DNA of 64,000 bases, taken from positions 1,984,001 through 2,048,000 of the forward strand of contig OU015567.1 in NCBI GenBank assembly GCA_907165135.1, written 5' to 3'. Positions 9,650-21,170 of this stretch are shown here, one piece after another. The DNA is from Oikopleura dioica. Taxonomy: Eukaryota; Animalia; Chordata. Each line of letters opens with the position of its first letter. The stretch's first letter is position 1. The notes under the pieces were generated by a model. That model did no database searches and was not told the origin of the DNA. It saw only the letters and a program-made list of their open reading frames with translations. The position numbers were made by a program, and so were the translations under genes.

Positions 9650-11087
9650 AACCCCCAGTAAGTACGCGGCCCAGCTGACCCCTTTTTATTTCTTCTTTTC
9701 TCTTTCCTTCTTCCCCAAACTGCATGTGCATGTTCGGGGTCAAATTCCACGCAAGTACAGGTGCGCTCATAAAGGCCGCTTGACCCAGGGCGGCTAAGAG
9801 TAATTCATATGGTCGACCTTAAGAATTAAGGATCACGGGCCGTCGCTATCGAGCCGATTTGACGAACATTAGGGTCAAATTTCCGTTTGAGCACGGTTAA
9901 AGGACAGTAAAAGGCCATTATTTATGTACGACGTAAAAATAAAACATGTTAGGGATAGGACAGTTGTGACTTGAACAGAACAGAATTCACAACGCTCCCG
10001 CCCTGGGGCAAGTCATGTGTAAGAGTTGTAGCTTTGCCCCTATACAATCAGCCCAAGGTGGATGGAGCTTGCGGGGGCTGACGAGGGCAGCACGGCGCGG
10101 GCGTTGTTCCCTTAGCAGTTGTTCTTTGCAGCGGCTAAGGCTCAACCCTCGCGCAGCACAATTCCTGAGCCGTAATTTCGCTGACACTGCAGCAGATCGG
10201 CGAAATGTTGGAAAGCAAAAACCCGGGCGGGCGAGGGCTCTGGTGACGCATCGTGACCGAAACAAACCTTTATTAACAACTTGTCAATTGTTCCCTTATG
10301 AGGACCAAAGCGAGAACCCAGGAGTCATCTAGTCACTGACACTTTTCTTCCCATAAAACGGTTAGTCTTGTTTACGCTCCGCGAAAAAAGCATCGATTCC
10401 GAGGCCATTCGGATTTCGAAGCTTCCGCCTGAGCCTTTTCAATTCGAACCGGGGAATGATAACGTAGACGTCGCTTGGTGGCGCCCTTCTCCTCTCATCG
10501 GACGAAAAATCGTATGAATTTCTAGCGTAACTTATCAAAAATCGTTTGATCAGACGATTCATTTACTATTCTAGAGATTAGCTTGTTAACATTGTCGTTG
10601 TCTCGACCAGCGTCCTCGCCTTTAAGTCCAGTGCCGGCCTAGGGGAGCAGGGGCTGCAGTTTTCATGTGTTGTAGGCCCTGCCCCTAGGGGGTGTTTGCC
10701 CTGAACGAGGGTGAAGTCAGCCCTTTGTATGCGCCCCATGAATGGCCTCGCGATCGACAGGTGTCGCGGGGACAGTTCCGGGCTCATCGCTTCCTGACCC
10801 CTCGGACAACTGAGTGGATAGGGTCGAAGCGAGCGTAGATTGTAACTTAGCGTGGATTGGTTCTCGTGCTTACGAACCCTATTTTTTACGGATGCTCTTG
10901 CTTCACGCGGCCCGGCTTGCTCCATACTGGCGATGAACCTCGCTCGGCGACCTAAATGTAGCATGTTACCGCCGACAGGTTTAAAACAAGCTCATCTCCG
11001 GTAGGAAAGTTAACGCATTTCCTTTGTGTGAGGGGCCGATCGCTCCCCAAGTGGGGGAGCGGTAGATTGCCGCTCGGGAGCATCCAC
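9650..11087. other. GC-rich non-coding island with stem-loops and clustered GGGTCA motifs
   Basis: Visibly more GC-rich than the flanks, with no credible ORF. Hairpins at 10176-10205, 10638-10689 and 11041-11061; GGGTCA/TGACCC at 9676, 9737, 9781, 9872 and 10795. Confidence 0.5.
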
Positions 11088-11401
11088 GGGTGACGGCGGG
11101 TTCCATTCTTTTTAAAGAATCATTCTTTTTCTCAATATTCTAGAGAAAATTAGGTAAAAATAGGTTTTTCGGATACATAAGAATTCTTGGATGTCAAACT
11201 CTCTGAAGTTTCCCTTATAACTGGCGCGAAGCGCAGACTCGCTCCTGAGTTATTTTCATTGACAGGATTTTGTTTCTGAACTTTTGACTGTCTTTTATGC
11301 GTCCTTTCAGGTATTCCTAAAAAAGAATGATTCTTTGCGAAAAAGAACCATTCTTTGAAAAAAGAATCATTCTTCACAAAGAATGGAACCCGCCGTCTAC
11401 C
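11088..11401. mobile_element. 314-bp MITE with 9-bp TSD (Mutator-like)
   Basis: TIRs gg(gt/ta)gacggcgggttccattcttt with repeated subterminal aaagaatcattcttt palindromes. Direct repeat agcatccac at 11079-11087 and 11402-11410. Confidence 0.85.
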
Positions 11402-11593
11402 AGCATCCACTGTTCATTCTCTGAATATACTTATCACCAACTGCTGCACATCTTTAATAAATATACATTATTCTCTCACTTCCATTCTTTATTGTTTCTC
11501 TTAAAAAGTGAAATCAAGGAAGACTCGCATCATATCAAATGGCCCCGTTGAAATGGGTTAGGGTTTGAACCTAAGACTCACGCCTGAGGGCAA

Positions 11594-11675
11594 GACTGGA
11601 TGGCCGAGCGGTCTAAGGCGTTGGATTAAGGCTCCAATCTCTTCGGGGGCGTGGGTTCGAATCCCACTTCAGTCA
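11594..11675 (+). tRNA. trnL-AAG: tRNA-Leu (anticodon AAG), copy 2, identical to copy 1
   Basis: 82/82 identical to 1832-1913, sharing the preceding caa and the aatcttttt trailer. Confidence 0.97.
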
Positions 11676-12056
11676 AATCTTTTTCACCCTTTTTTCTTTA
11701 AACTTTTCAGCCCTTTTTTGAAAATTCGATGATGTTAAAATTATATATCCTTAATCTTTAACTTAATTGATAAAAAATGTCAATTAGACAAAAAAGGGTT
11801 TTTATCTTCAATCTTGATATATTTTGAATAAGTTATTTGATGTGATGAAATAAGATTGATGATGAAGCCTTATCATAAAGGACTTAAAATAATTCATGAG
11901 GCGGTCCCTGTATATGCAACTGAAAATTAAAATTGGTTGTGGCCTAACGTGGCGCCCTTATGTTCCATCAGATTGAGAAAAATTATCGCGCATCTATTTT
12001 CTTGCAGCTTCAATTTTTAACAGAATACGAATTGGGAGAGAAGCGACAGAAGAGAG

Positions 12057-15000
12057 ATGAATGTTTCGACCGAAATTGTTTCAATGAGTTATCTAGGTTT
12101 GTTAGTCTGAAATATATGCTTCTCAAAAGGCGATTTTGAATGACTATACTTTTTAAGCAACAAGATCAAAATCAATTAAAAAAAAATACTTAGTCTTCCG
12201 TCCGTAGAGCCCGTAAATTTTTGGGATAGGTCATTTTATCCGTTATTCGGAATAACTTATTCCTATGAATTAAGATCAATTCATCTTTGAACCGTGGTCG
12301 GGATACAACCACATGGCTAAAGAACCTTTTGCAAGGAGTGCTCTTCTGTCAAAACTCTTTTTGTCTACAAGACAAAGAAAGAGTTCACTTGGCAATAAGT
12401 CAGTAACTAAACGCGTACAAATACTGGTACTTTGTTAATCGCCTTGGAAGGAGTCAAAACTACTGAATTATAAAAAGAAGCAGATTGTTTTTTTAACAAT
12501 ATTCGTCAATTTGAATTTCTCACCCCTCTAATGGGAATAGGATAATATCATTAACCAAGGTCAAGGCTTACATTGGATTTGATGACCTGATGAAAATGCT
12601 TTTAGCTTGAAGCAAAAGACAAGTTCCTTCAAGAATAATATTTTTTTTTGACAATTTTGAATTGATTAATAGTCTATTCGAAAAATATCAACAATTCTCT
12701 GAACTAGGACATCCTCGATGAATTATTAAAAATTAAATAGGAAATAAAATATTTTAAAATTCAAGTTTTAGATCGCCTTGAAATCTGTGCATTTGGCTTC
12801 ATCGGTGGAATCGGATTTATCTTAAACGTCTTGATGGCGCTTGGAATCTACGCAAGGACTGGGTTTTACTGTCAATAAATTCAAGCTGTTTTTTGAAGTT
12901 CACTTTCGCGGAAAGACTTCTCGCAATTATTAACCCAAGATGACAGTCTGACAAAAAGTGTTGCGGGCGTGTTCCTCCTCCACTTAGCAATTACGAATGC
13001 GCTCTTTACCGTCGCCATGCCTTTTTGGATTATCGAAACTGTCAATAAAAAGGTATAAAAAAGCAATGAAAAAAAAACAACATTAATCCGTCTTGAACTG
13101 TAACTGACGGCGCTGCCAGTTTTCATTACAAGCCGTTTATTTCAGAGGCCACTGGTAGAAATCTATTAATATAAATGTGGACTTACCCTTGTTCATTTTT
13201 AGTTTTGGACGCTTGGCAAAACAGTCTGCAAAGCATCGAGTTTGATATCACTCCTGAATCTGAACTGCTCGATTTTGTTTTTGATCGTTGTCGTTTTGGA
13301 CAGAACAATTATCGCAAAATTCACGCTCAAAGTGATCAAATGGAGGACGGTCAAAAGAGCGCAAATCATCAGCATCTACATATGGATTCTCGCAATTCTC
13401 CTGAGCTTTCCGGCCTGGCAAAATCGAAGTCTTCTTCCGAAAAACGTAAATATCATGCGCCCTCAATTTCCTTGTTGATATCAGTTTCTAGTCTTTTCTG
13501 ACGAAAACTGCGTTGCCATATCAAGGAAACAATTGCACAATCCAAGATATTTCGGAAACAAAGAGCATCTACGAAGATAACCGTTGCAGATGCGTGTGGA
13601 ACTGGGAAAAACCACAACGATTTTTGTATTTTCGACTTGGTCAGGCGTTCGCCAATTTGGCCTTTTTGATCATTGGCTTCATCGTAAGTAACCCTAACCC
13701 TGACTCAGGTTTTCTACAGAGGTTGCCAATGTCTGAAGTTCAGACTCTGAACTCAAATGTAAAAATCCTAAAAGAGGGATAAGTTATCCCTATTTCAAGA
13801 TCTTTTTTAATCCATTGAATTATCAAAAATCCCTTCCAGATGAAAATAGCTTGATCCCATCTATCTTGGAAGAAGATTGATGCGAATATTAAATAACTTG
13901 AGCTGTTAAAAGGTGTGCAAGTCGAGCTTATCCCGATCTGGCGACCTGGAGAGGCTCAGCGAAGACTCTATCAGAGGCAATGGACGAAGCTCCAGCATGC
14001 TCAGCCGCCAGGTAATTTTGACCAACAATCGAATTGATACAGAAGGAAAAAAACAAGCAATGATTTTAAGGAAATCACGATGGATAATCCTGAATCGGCC
14101 AGCAATAAGCTCGGTCACGTGAGGATGCCAATTTTTAATCATTGATTTTTCATTTGCTTAGCATTCTTTATTTTATTGAATTTGTTTTCGTTAGAATATT
14201 GATTGAGGCTTTCAGGGTTCATTTTCATCTACTGTCGTGAAGAATATGTCAAAAAGAAGCAAAACTGTATCTGATACGAACAAACAAGGAAATGTTCTCA
14301 ACTAAAAAATTATCATGCTTAAGGGCATCCCCCTTAAAAACGGGATATTAAGGGGCAGGTGTCACGAATCGACAAAAAAATTTCGACAATTTTTGCCTTG
14401 GAATTTTCAACCAATCAGAAGCCTGGATTCGGTTAACCGACAAATCAGCAGCCGAGTAGTAGCCCAAGCAAAATTTGTCGAATTTTTTGTCGATTTCTGA
14501 CGCCAGCCTTATTATGACCCCTTTATTGATTATGGAAGTTTATCTTGGTAAAAGAGCATTGATTAGTTCTCCTGATAATATTTGCGTACTCAATATGTTG
14601 GCTCCCGCGAAACATTCTCATGTTACTGCAGCTACTTCACCCTCTTAGTATGAATTTTTCGTGGTTCCACGCAGGTAAATAATGAAAATAAAAAAACCTT
14701 TTTTACGTTGCCTAGCCTTGCGATGGAGCGTCGTGATGGCGTACCTGCATCCTGTGTTGATTCCAATAACGTGGTTCCTGTCGCGTCCAAATGGAATTTC
14801 GGACTTGTTCGGCGATGTCAGCGCCACTGTGCGCAGGCCACGGCGCAAATCCGAATTTGATTTTGCCAGGTACAAAATAAATCCATTTTTCGAACGAAAA
14901 AGAGTAGCCTCTGAGAATTTTTCATCTTTCTCTTTTCTGAAGCTATTTTATCTCAACAAATTCTAGATATTCAACAATCAAAAAACTGGACAGCTCGTCC

Positions 15001-15140
15001 TCCCGACCGAGTTCCTTTCAACTTACCGTTGCCTGCACCAACAACAACAATATTTCACAAACAAATTGCACTCTTTCCAAATCAAATCTGCTCCAGCCGC
15101 CAGAATCGCCAGTTTCAATCAGACAATGACCCTTTTGTGA
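12057..15140 (+). CDS. Class A (rhodopsin-like) GPCR, peptide/chemokine-receptor-like, multi-exon
   Basis: Probable exon 1 MNVSTEIVSMSYL; TM1 GIGFILNVLMAL; TM2 LHLAITNALFTVAMPFWI; TM3 VCKASS..ILFLIVVVLDRT; TM4 IWILAILLSFPAW; TM6 AYSICWLPRNIL; TM7 YLHPVLIPITWF. Stop TGA at 15138-15140. The 5' exon assignment is less certain. Confidence 0.85.
14354..14508. mobile_element. ~155-bp intronic MITE
   Basis: Imperfect TIRs ggc(a/t)gg(t/c)gtca..aatcgacaaaaaa(a)ttcgacaa. It lies in a GPCR intron and holds a CCAAT pair in its centre. Confidence 0.7.
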
Positions 15141-15843
15141 ATAAAACTGCATAAAAAATTCGAGAGTCAGTATATTCAGATGTTTATTTAAACTTGAAAT
15201 TATGTACAGTTAGCGCGAAATGTCCATCACATTTCGAAAAAAAGTGTGTTCTTTGAACTTGAAAGCAGTTTTTTTTTTAATTTTTAAAATATTGTGAAAA
15301 GGTCATTATCTGACATTTTAAACGAGTTTATTCTTACTTTCTCCTTAAATCAAATCTTCAATCAAAAAAATGAATTAAATATAACTTGAAAACAATTAAG
15401 GGTATTCCCCCAGATTTCAATCAAAAAGATCAGAATATTCTGAAGATTCTGTTTTTATAAAAAAAGGATGATTCTAATCTTCATTTGTCGGAATGGTGTT
15501 TAATTTCAAACACGTTGTGTGAGAGTTTCTCCAACTCACTTCCGTATTTTGAAACAAACGTCGCGCCATGTTTTCACGAAATTAGATTTGAAGATTTGAA
15601 GCTTTCAAGCGGCGTTTCTGACTCATCATAATTTATGATTTAAAATTGAATATTTAAGATGATGCGTTTTTTGATTGAAAATTTGAAAGAAAAGAAATAA
15701 AAAATATAAGAATAAATACCTGGAATCGAAGATTTTAAAGAGGACACATTCCAATCGACCGGATATCTGAATCCTCCTATATAAAGGTTCGAATTTTTGG
15801 AGCCTTCAGAAAAGAAAGCAACTATAAATGCAATATCTTGGCT

Positions 15844-17120
15844 TCAATCTGAACCACATTCCTGCGAGCAACATTCCAATGTCTCCGTATTGTAAGTCCT
15901 CGTTCCACAGCAAGCTCTTAGTCCACCATTTGTCGCAAAAGGATACCTGAAAATCTCATCGCCGCAGCAAGAGTCCAGTTCTGCCTTCTTCTCTTTTTCT
16001 CCAAGAGCTAGTGATCGTCCAGCTAAAACCGGGCCCTTGTTGGCAGTCTTGCACTGGTCGGCTTTTAAAGATTGGTCTCTAAGGAAAAATATTTAGGGCG
16101 TGGGTTATTCGGATGATGATATTATGGTAATTCGGCGCGAGAAAAAAATTGGACTTAGAAAGAGGGAATCCGTCTCAGATCCAAATCATCAAAAAAAAAT
16201 CATGAATCTGATTGGCCTACCGGCGAAATGGGGAAATCTGATTGGTTAACCAAAATTTTGACAAACAATGCCTCGATGATTTATACTATCTTCTTCTCGA
16301 AAGAGGAACACCCTTTATTTTACTTCCAAAAATAAGGGGACCCTTTACCTTAATTGAGAGTTGTAGACGTATTCGAAGTCGCGAAGATTCAGCGCCAATT
16401 TTCTGTCGCACTCGCAAATCGCCCGCTTGCATGGATCCTGATCAACTAAAAAATAGAAGTTCAACTGTGGGTCAAACTCGCTTTTCCAATTTGAAAATTG
16501 CCTCCGAAGTAGATCCTTATCGCATTTCATGTTCTTATCGTTTTGAACAAGTTTTCTAAAACAGAACGAACACGTAAGAAATAATATTTTACGTTCGCTC
16601 AAAATCATAAACACCAAAACTGGGTGGAATATTTTAAGCTGGATTAATATAATACTGCTGGAACTTACGGCAGGCGATTTCGATGTTGACGCCGGTGGAG
16701 CCATCCTTGATGAATCGCCAATTGTAGGAAGTTTGAAGGCCATCGCATTCCTTGCCGTTTTCAGCTCGGGCACAGCCCCAGCATTTGGAATGGGCGAAGC
16801 AGGCGAAATCGAGCTCGTCCTAAATTGAACAGAGGGTCAAATAGAAGGTCTTCTTTTTCTTTCGATTTTACCTGTGGCTGTCCTCGACCCTTATTCTCCA
16901 AGCACCAGCAGCCGTACTGCTCGAATTCCCAAAAGTTCTTTGTCGCCATTCCGTTGATCATCTTCCTTCTTCCTCCTTTTCGAGAGCCAGGAATCTTGCC
17001 CGGCGTCTTGTTCGCTCGCGCCAGGTCGAGAGCATCCTGATCTGCGCCATCGTCTCCATACTCCTCAGTCATGTAATCGTCTCCGCCTCCGAAGAGAACC
17101 GAGCTCTGTCCGAAAACTAA
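15844..17120 (-). CDS. Secreted phospholipase A2-like protein with C-terminal Cys-rich (CCG..YPF..CCG..YN) extension; probably catalytically impaired
   Basis: Exons read EQYGCWCLENKGRGQPQ / DELDFACFAHSKCWGC / DPCKRAICECDRKLA / SCCGDEIFRYPFATNGGLRACCGTRTYNTETLECC. First exon and exact stop are uncertain. Confidence 0.85.
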
Positions 17121-17559
17121 AGAGGAAAATGTGGTAATGAGTGTTGTTAACAGATCGTTAGCAGCCGCAAAGTTGAACGGCAGGTTTTGTAACGGGCTTG
17201 AATTAATCAATGGCGTGAAATTCTTATTAACGAATATTTACTGCAAGAAGATTTCAATGAGATACTTAACGGACTTTTTTGAACTTTAACATCATTCATG
17301 AAAAAGTGAAATTCTAAATTTTGTAAACAGAAAATTGACTTATGGTCTTTTTTTCAAAAAAAAAATTATTGATCATGGATTCGGATTTCCGTGAATTTTT
17401 AAAAAAAATCAGGAAAAAATTGAACGCGTGGTTTGTTTTATACACCAAGCAAAAAGATCAGAGAGGCAGGATTTTGACAAGAATGATGAAAACTTGATTT
17501 TTGATTAAACAAAATGGATCAGAAAAAACCCAACACGACTCAGAAAAAATTCAACAGAA

Positions 17560-17890
17560 GATTAATGTCATCAAAAAACACGCTACGACTGGAAAGAATA
17601 ATAACGCAATCAAAGCCGCGTGCGGCTTTTTTGAAAAATAAAAGAAATATATCAACTTATAAAACGCAGAAAGCTTTCTAGATCTTAGGGGAAATCGACA
17701 AGCGAGAAAGTCTCTTGCAACTTTCGAGTCGAAAAATGCGTCTAGCCGCACTTTGCTTCAGATAATCAATTGACAAGAAAGCCGTTTGCGGCTATCTTCC
17801 AACTATTCTTAGAAACTATTCATCGCCATAAGAATTTCCATAAAAATAACCCGTCTTCTGATAAAAGCCGCACGCGGCTACCCCTTATCA
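17560..17890. repeat. Cluster of AAGCCGC-N2-4-GCGGCT palindromes (degenerate relative of the 18966 MITE)
   Basis: Motifs at 17612-17629, 17778-17794 and 17863-17880 match those inside 18966-19207. Confidence 0.55.
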
Positions 17891-18965
17891 TTAAAATCTT
17901 TCTTCGATAAAAAACAATGAAAACATACCTGCTGAAAAAGCTGTGACTGCCAAAAGTTTCATTTTTCCGCTGCTCTATTTCTTCTTGAAGACAAAACAAA
18001 AAGTGTAAAAAGACCGTAAGTATTACCGAATCTCCTTGATCGAAGAGTAACTTGCACCAGATTTTGGGTTGGGGTCGGCTCGATCTTGGTGCTCCGTGGT
18101 GGCGCAACGGCGGCACCCTCCGCGCCATCGCGCTTTTCCAAACGAGATTTCTCCACGACAAATTCTGGTTACACAATAAAGCTACTTTTACAAGTTCATG
18201 CGATTCTGCAACATCAACGGAAGTTTCGGGACAAAATGAACGGATGCCGATATCGTACTTCATTAACAAGCAAGTTTGTCTCAAAAATAGAATTAGGAAA
18301 TAAGATTTCGACTTTTTTCTTGCAATTGAGCACCATCTTCAAATCTCAAAAACCAATCAAATCCACTTGGCCCTCTCGCTCCTTACAGTCAGCTTTAACA
18401 AGGGCTCCAACATTTTCATCCACTGTTGCATTAAAACCCTCTCCAAGAGTAGCTGTCCATTCTAAAGTGTCATCGAATCTTGAGGAGTCCAGTATCCCAA
18501 CTCAACGACTATCAATTATTTCTCACTTCAATCTTGAAATACAGTTAGATCTGCTGAGATTTCATTTCGTCCTTCGTTCTCAAGAGAAGCCTTAATTATG
18601 AACAAGATTCTCAAAAAGTATATAAAGAAGTACACTTCCTCATTTGATTCACCTATTGAAAAGGGTTCAAAATGAAAGTAGCAAATATTATATTTTTCTC
18701 TCCTTTTCTTTCTACCCTCGCGAATCCAGCTTACTATCGAATCAATCTTTACGATTTTCACAAGGTCTACACTTCATGCATCAGAGGTAACGATCTCCAG
18801 ACGTAAGTTCATACATCATGTATTGTATTTTAGGGATGATCAAGAACAAATCTGTGGATGAGCAGTATCCTTATTCCCCGAGCAGCGGTTTTTCAAATAG
18901 GGAAATTGAGATCACGTGCGATAACTTTATCAAGAAGCTGTGGGAGCTACGTGGGATGGTAAAAT

Positions 18966-19207
18966 CTGGGCTCGGCAGCCTGAAACCTTAGTCAGGCTCT
19001 AAAAAAAAGCTTTAATGAAAAACCACGTAGCGGTTTTTTGAAAAACGAAGCCGCAGGGCGGCTTCGAAAGTAAATCTTTTTTACCGATATGTTTCTTCTT
19101 GCGAAGCCGCTTCGCGGCTTCGTTCGAAAAAAAAGCCGCTACGCGGCTTTTCATTTTAGTTTTTTCAGAGTCTAAGTCAGGTTTTTCACTCAGGTTGCCG
19201 AGCCGAG
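18966..19207. mobile_element. 242-bp MITE with 8-bp TSD
   Basis: TIRs ct(g/c)ggctcggca(g/a)cctga; duplicated target ggtaaaat at 18958-18965 and 19208-19215. Four internal AAGCCGC..GCGGCTT-type palindromes. Confidence 0.85.
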
Positions 19208-19896
19208 GGTAAAATATTCTAGTGCTAGGGATGAAGGATTGTCTAGCTCTAGAATCGGCTTCGCTATCTGATAAATCACATAATATTTAAGCCACTCAAA
19301 CAGGACGATAAAGAAAAAGATCCCATCAACCATGTTCACTCTTTTGCTTTCCTCGGAAAAATGAAAAATATCTTCTAAAATGAATCTATCATTTTTCAAT
19401 AAAAGAAAAAAATGCCATCTCGGCGCCGCTTTGTATCAATATTTTCCTCTCGTTTGTCTTCACTGGCAATTATGATGTCAATTGCGATTAATTATCGCGT
19501 GTGATTGAATATTTACAGAACAGGTCACGCATATGCGTTGTCGAATTTGGATGTTTTAGCAACGCGCTCGAATTTGTTCTAAAGCAGGAAGCCCATGTTT
19601 GGGCCGTAATCACCCGCCGCCAAGTCAAAATGAAGAAAAAAGAAAACTCAATTAAAAATAACCGAGCAGCGCTGAATTACGCATGGATTATGCCCCCGTC
19701 TCGAAGTTAAAAATATACTAAGGCTAGGGCTGATCGGTGATCATTGATCATGTGACTAACGAAAGAGCTTTTTTCACGTGATATTTGCTAGTAGTACGTG
19801 TTTTTCGGGTTTTTCGGCTAAAGATTTCAAATAACAAATTTAGGGATAGGGTTAGGGAGTATCCACTGGGGGTTCCCGTCGGGTTAAGGGGGTGTA

Positions 19897-20153
19897 GGGC
19901 GCCCAGGTTCACAATCTGTGTGAACCCGGTTCACAAAATTTTTAAAAGAATGAAATCAGGGGTCTTTATGCGCTTCGCGCCTGATTTCATTAAGAATTCT
20001 CTATTAGAGAAACTCATTTTTGACGTTATAAGCTTTCTCTACAACCGCGCCTTTAGTCAATTTGATTCACTCTTTGACCGAAATTCACAGAATTCGGGTT
20101 CCGGAACCGGGTTCACAAAATTGTGAACCAATCGATTGTGAACCTGGGCGCCC
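19897..20153. mobile_element. 257-bp MITE
   Basis: Perfect 20-bp TIR gggcgcccaggttcacaatc / gattgtgaacctgggcgccc with subterminal gtgaacc/ggttcac repeats. No clear TSD. Confidence 0.8.
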
Positions 20154-21049
20154 GCCACCCGGTTAAGGTCTTTTATTGAGGGGGGTCACCTTAAGGGTAG
20201 ACCCCTTGATAAAGCTGATGGTTAGTTTCGCCCTTTTTTACCATTCATATTATTCTCAGAGTGTTTATCTCAAAACTCACTCTTATCCAATCAAAAAATT
20301 AGCAATTTGCAAATTTGATACTTTCGTGTGTCATCAACTTGCATAACCGGCTAGCATCTCCTTACTCCAAATCCTATCTTCTCTTCGTTTAGAACCACCG
20401 TTTTTCCTCGCTTCTTCTCTTTTTTTGATCAGCAAAATTTGAGTTGTAGGGTCAGGAAAAGTTTATTTCGCGTTGTAGATCGTTTATTTTCGCCGCGATC
20501 TAAAGATCAGATTATTCCGGAGCTGATATGAGTTCGTTTTAGATACTTCTGTCTAGAATATTTTAGAGAGATCATCCTCAAGTCCGATTCCGTTTTTTTG
20601 TAAAAAATGCGAGTTCAGCGATCGAAAGTTCGAAAAATGGCTCGCGACGTAAGCTTCTCCCTTCCAAAACTTGATAAATTTATCAATCCGAACGATACGA
20701 AAATCGTGGATTATTATGACGCAACAGAATTTGTTTCTTAGGCTTCAAGATCAAGCTTGCAAGAAGGGCAATAATTTCATTGCTTTCTCTTTTTTCCAAG
20801 GATTCTATTTTTATTGAATCAAATAAAAAGGAACAAGCTGTGTTTTGAGAGGAACGTCAGTTCTGAGGTTTTTCGGGGAACACGTGTTTTTTTGCTCCCA
20901 GGACTTGTTTCAAAAGAAAGTTGAGGCTCTAGAAAAGTTTTTTTATAAATTTTTTTTGATTGAAGAAACCGACTCTTCCAAAAATGGACAAAAATGTAAA
21001 ATTAATATAAAATAAATTATATTATCGATTAAGCTATTATCGAATGTGC

Positions 21050-21170
21050 TTTCGTTTCAGCCAATCAGATTTCATAATATTTTGGAAGACCAATGGAAAG
21101 AGAGCCTTTAACGCCTTCCCATTGGCTTTTCAAAAAATTCTGAAATATGATTGGCTACAACGAAGGCAGA
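21050..21170. repeat. Imperfect inverted repeat built from two opposed CCAAT pairs
   Basis: ccaat at 21061 and 21090, attgg at 21121 and 21150; arms agccaatcagatttca / tgaaatatgattggct. Confidence 0.65.

Noticed and set aside
10985-11015. aagctcatc..ggaaagt resembling RNase P/MRP RNA conserved regions
   Set aside because: The complementary P4 partner and the other conserved regions could not be found at suitable spacing.
11555-11565. GGGTTAGGGTT as a telomerase RNA template (AACCCUAACCC on the minus strand)
   Set aside because: It is better explained as part of a T-arm-like hairpin. The downstream sequence is AT-rich and interrupted by a MITE, and no pseudoknot or H/ACA elements were identified.
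17950-19350. Possible Ig-like membrane-protein exons on the minus strand
   Set aside because: Fragments such as IVSWIREG and ASLENEG..ADLTV are suggestive, but I could not assemble a stop-free spliced model.
19846-19858. tagggatagggttaggg as an interstitial telomere
   Set aside because: Only one perfect TTAGGG unit, lying in repeat-derived flank.
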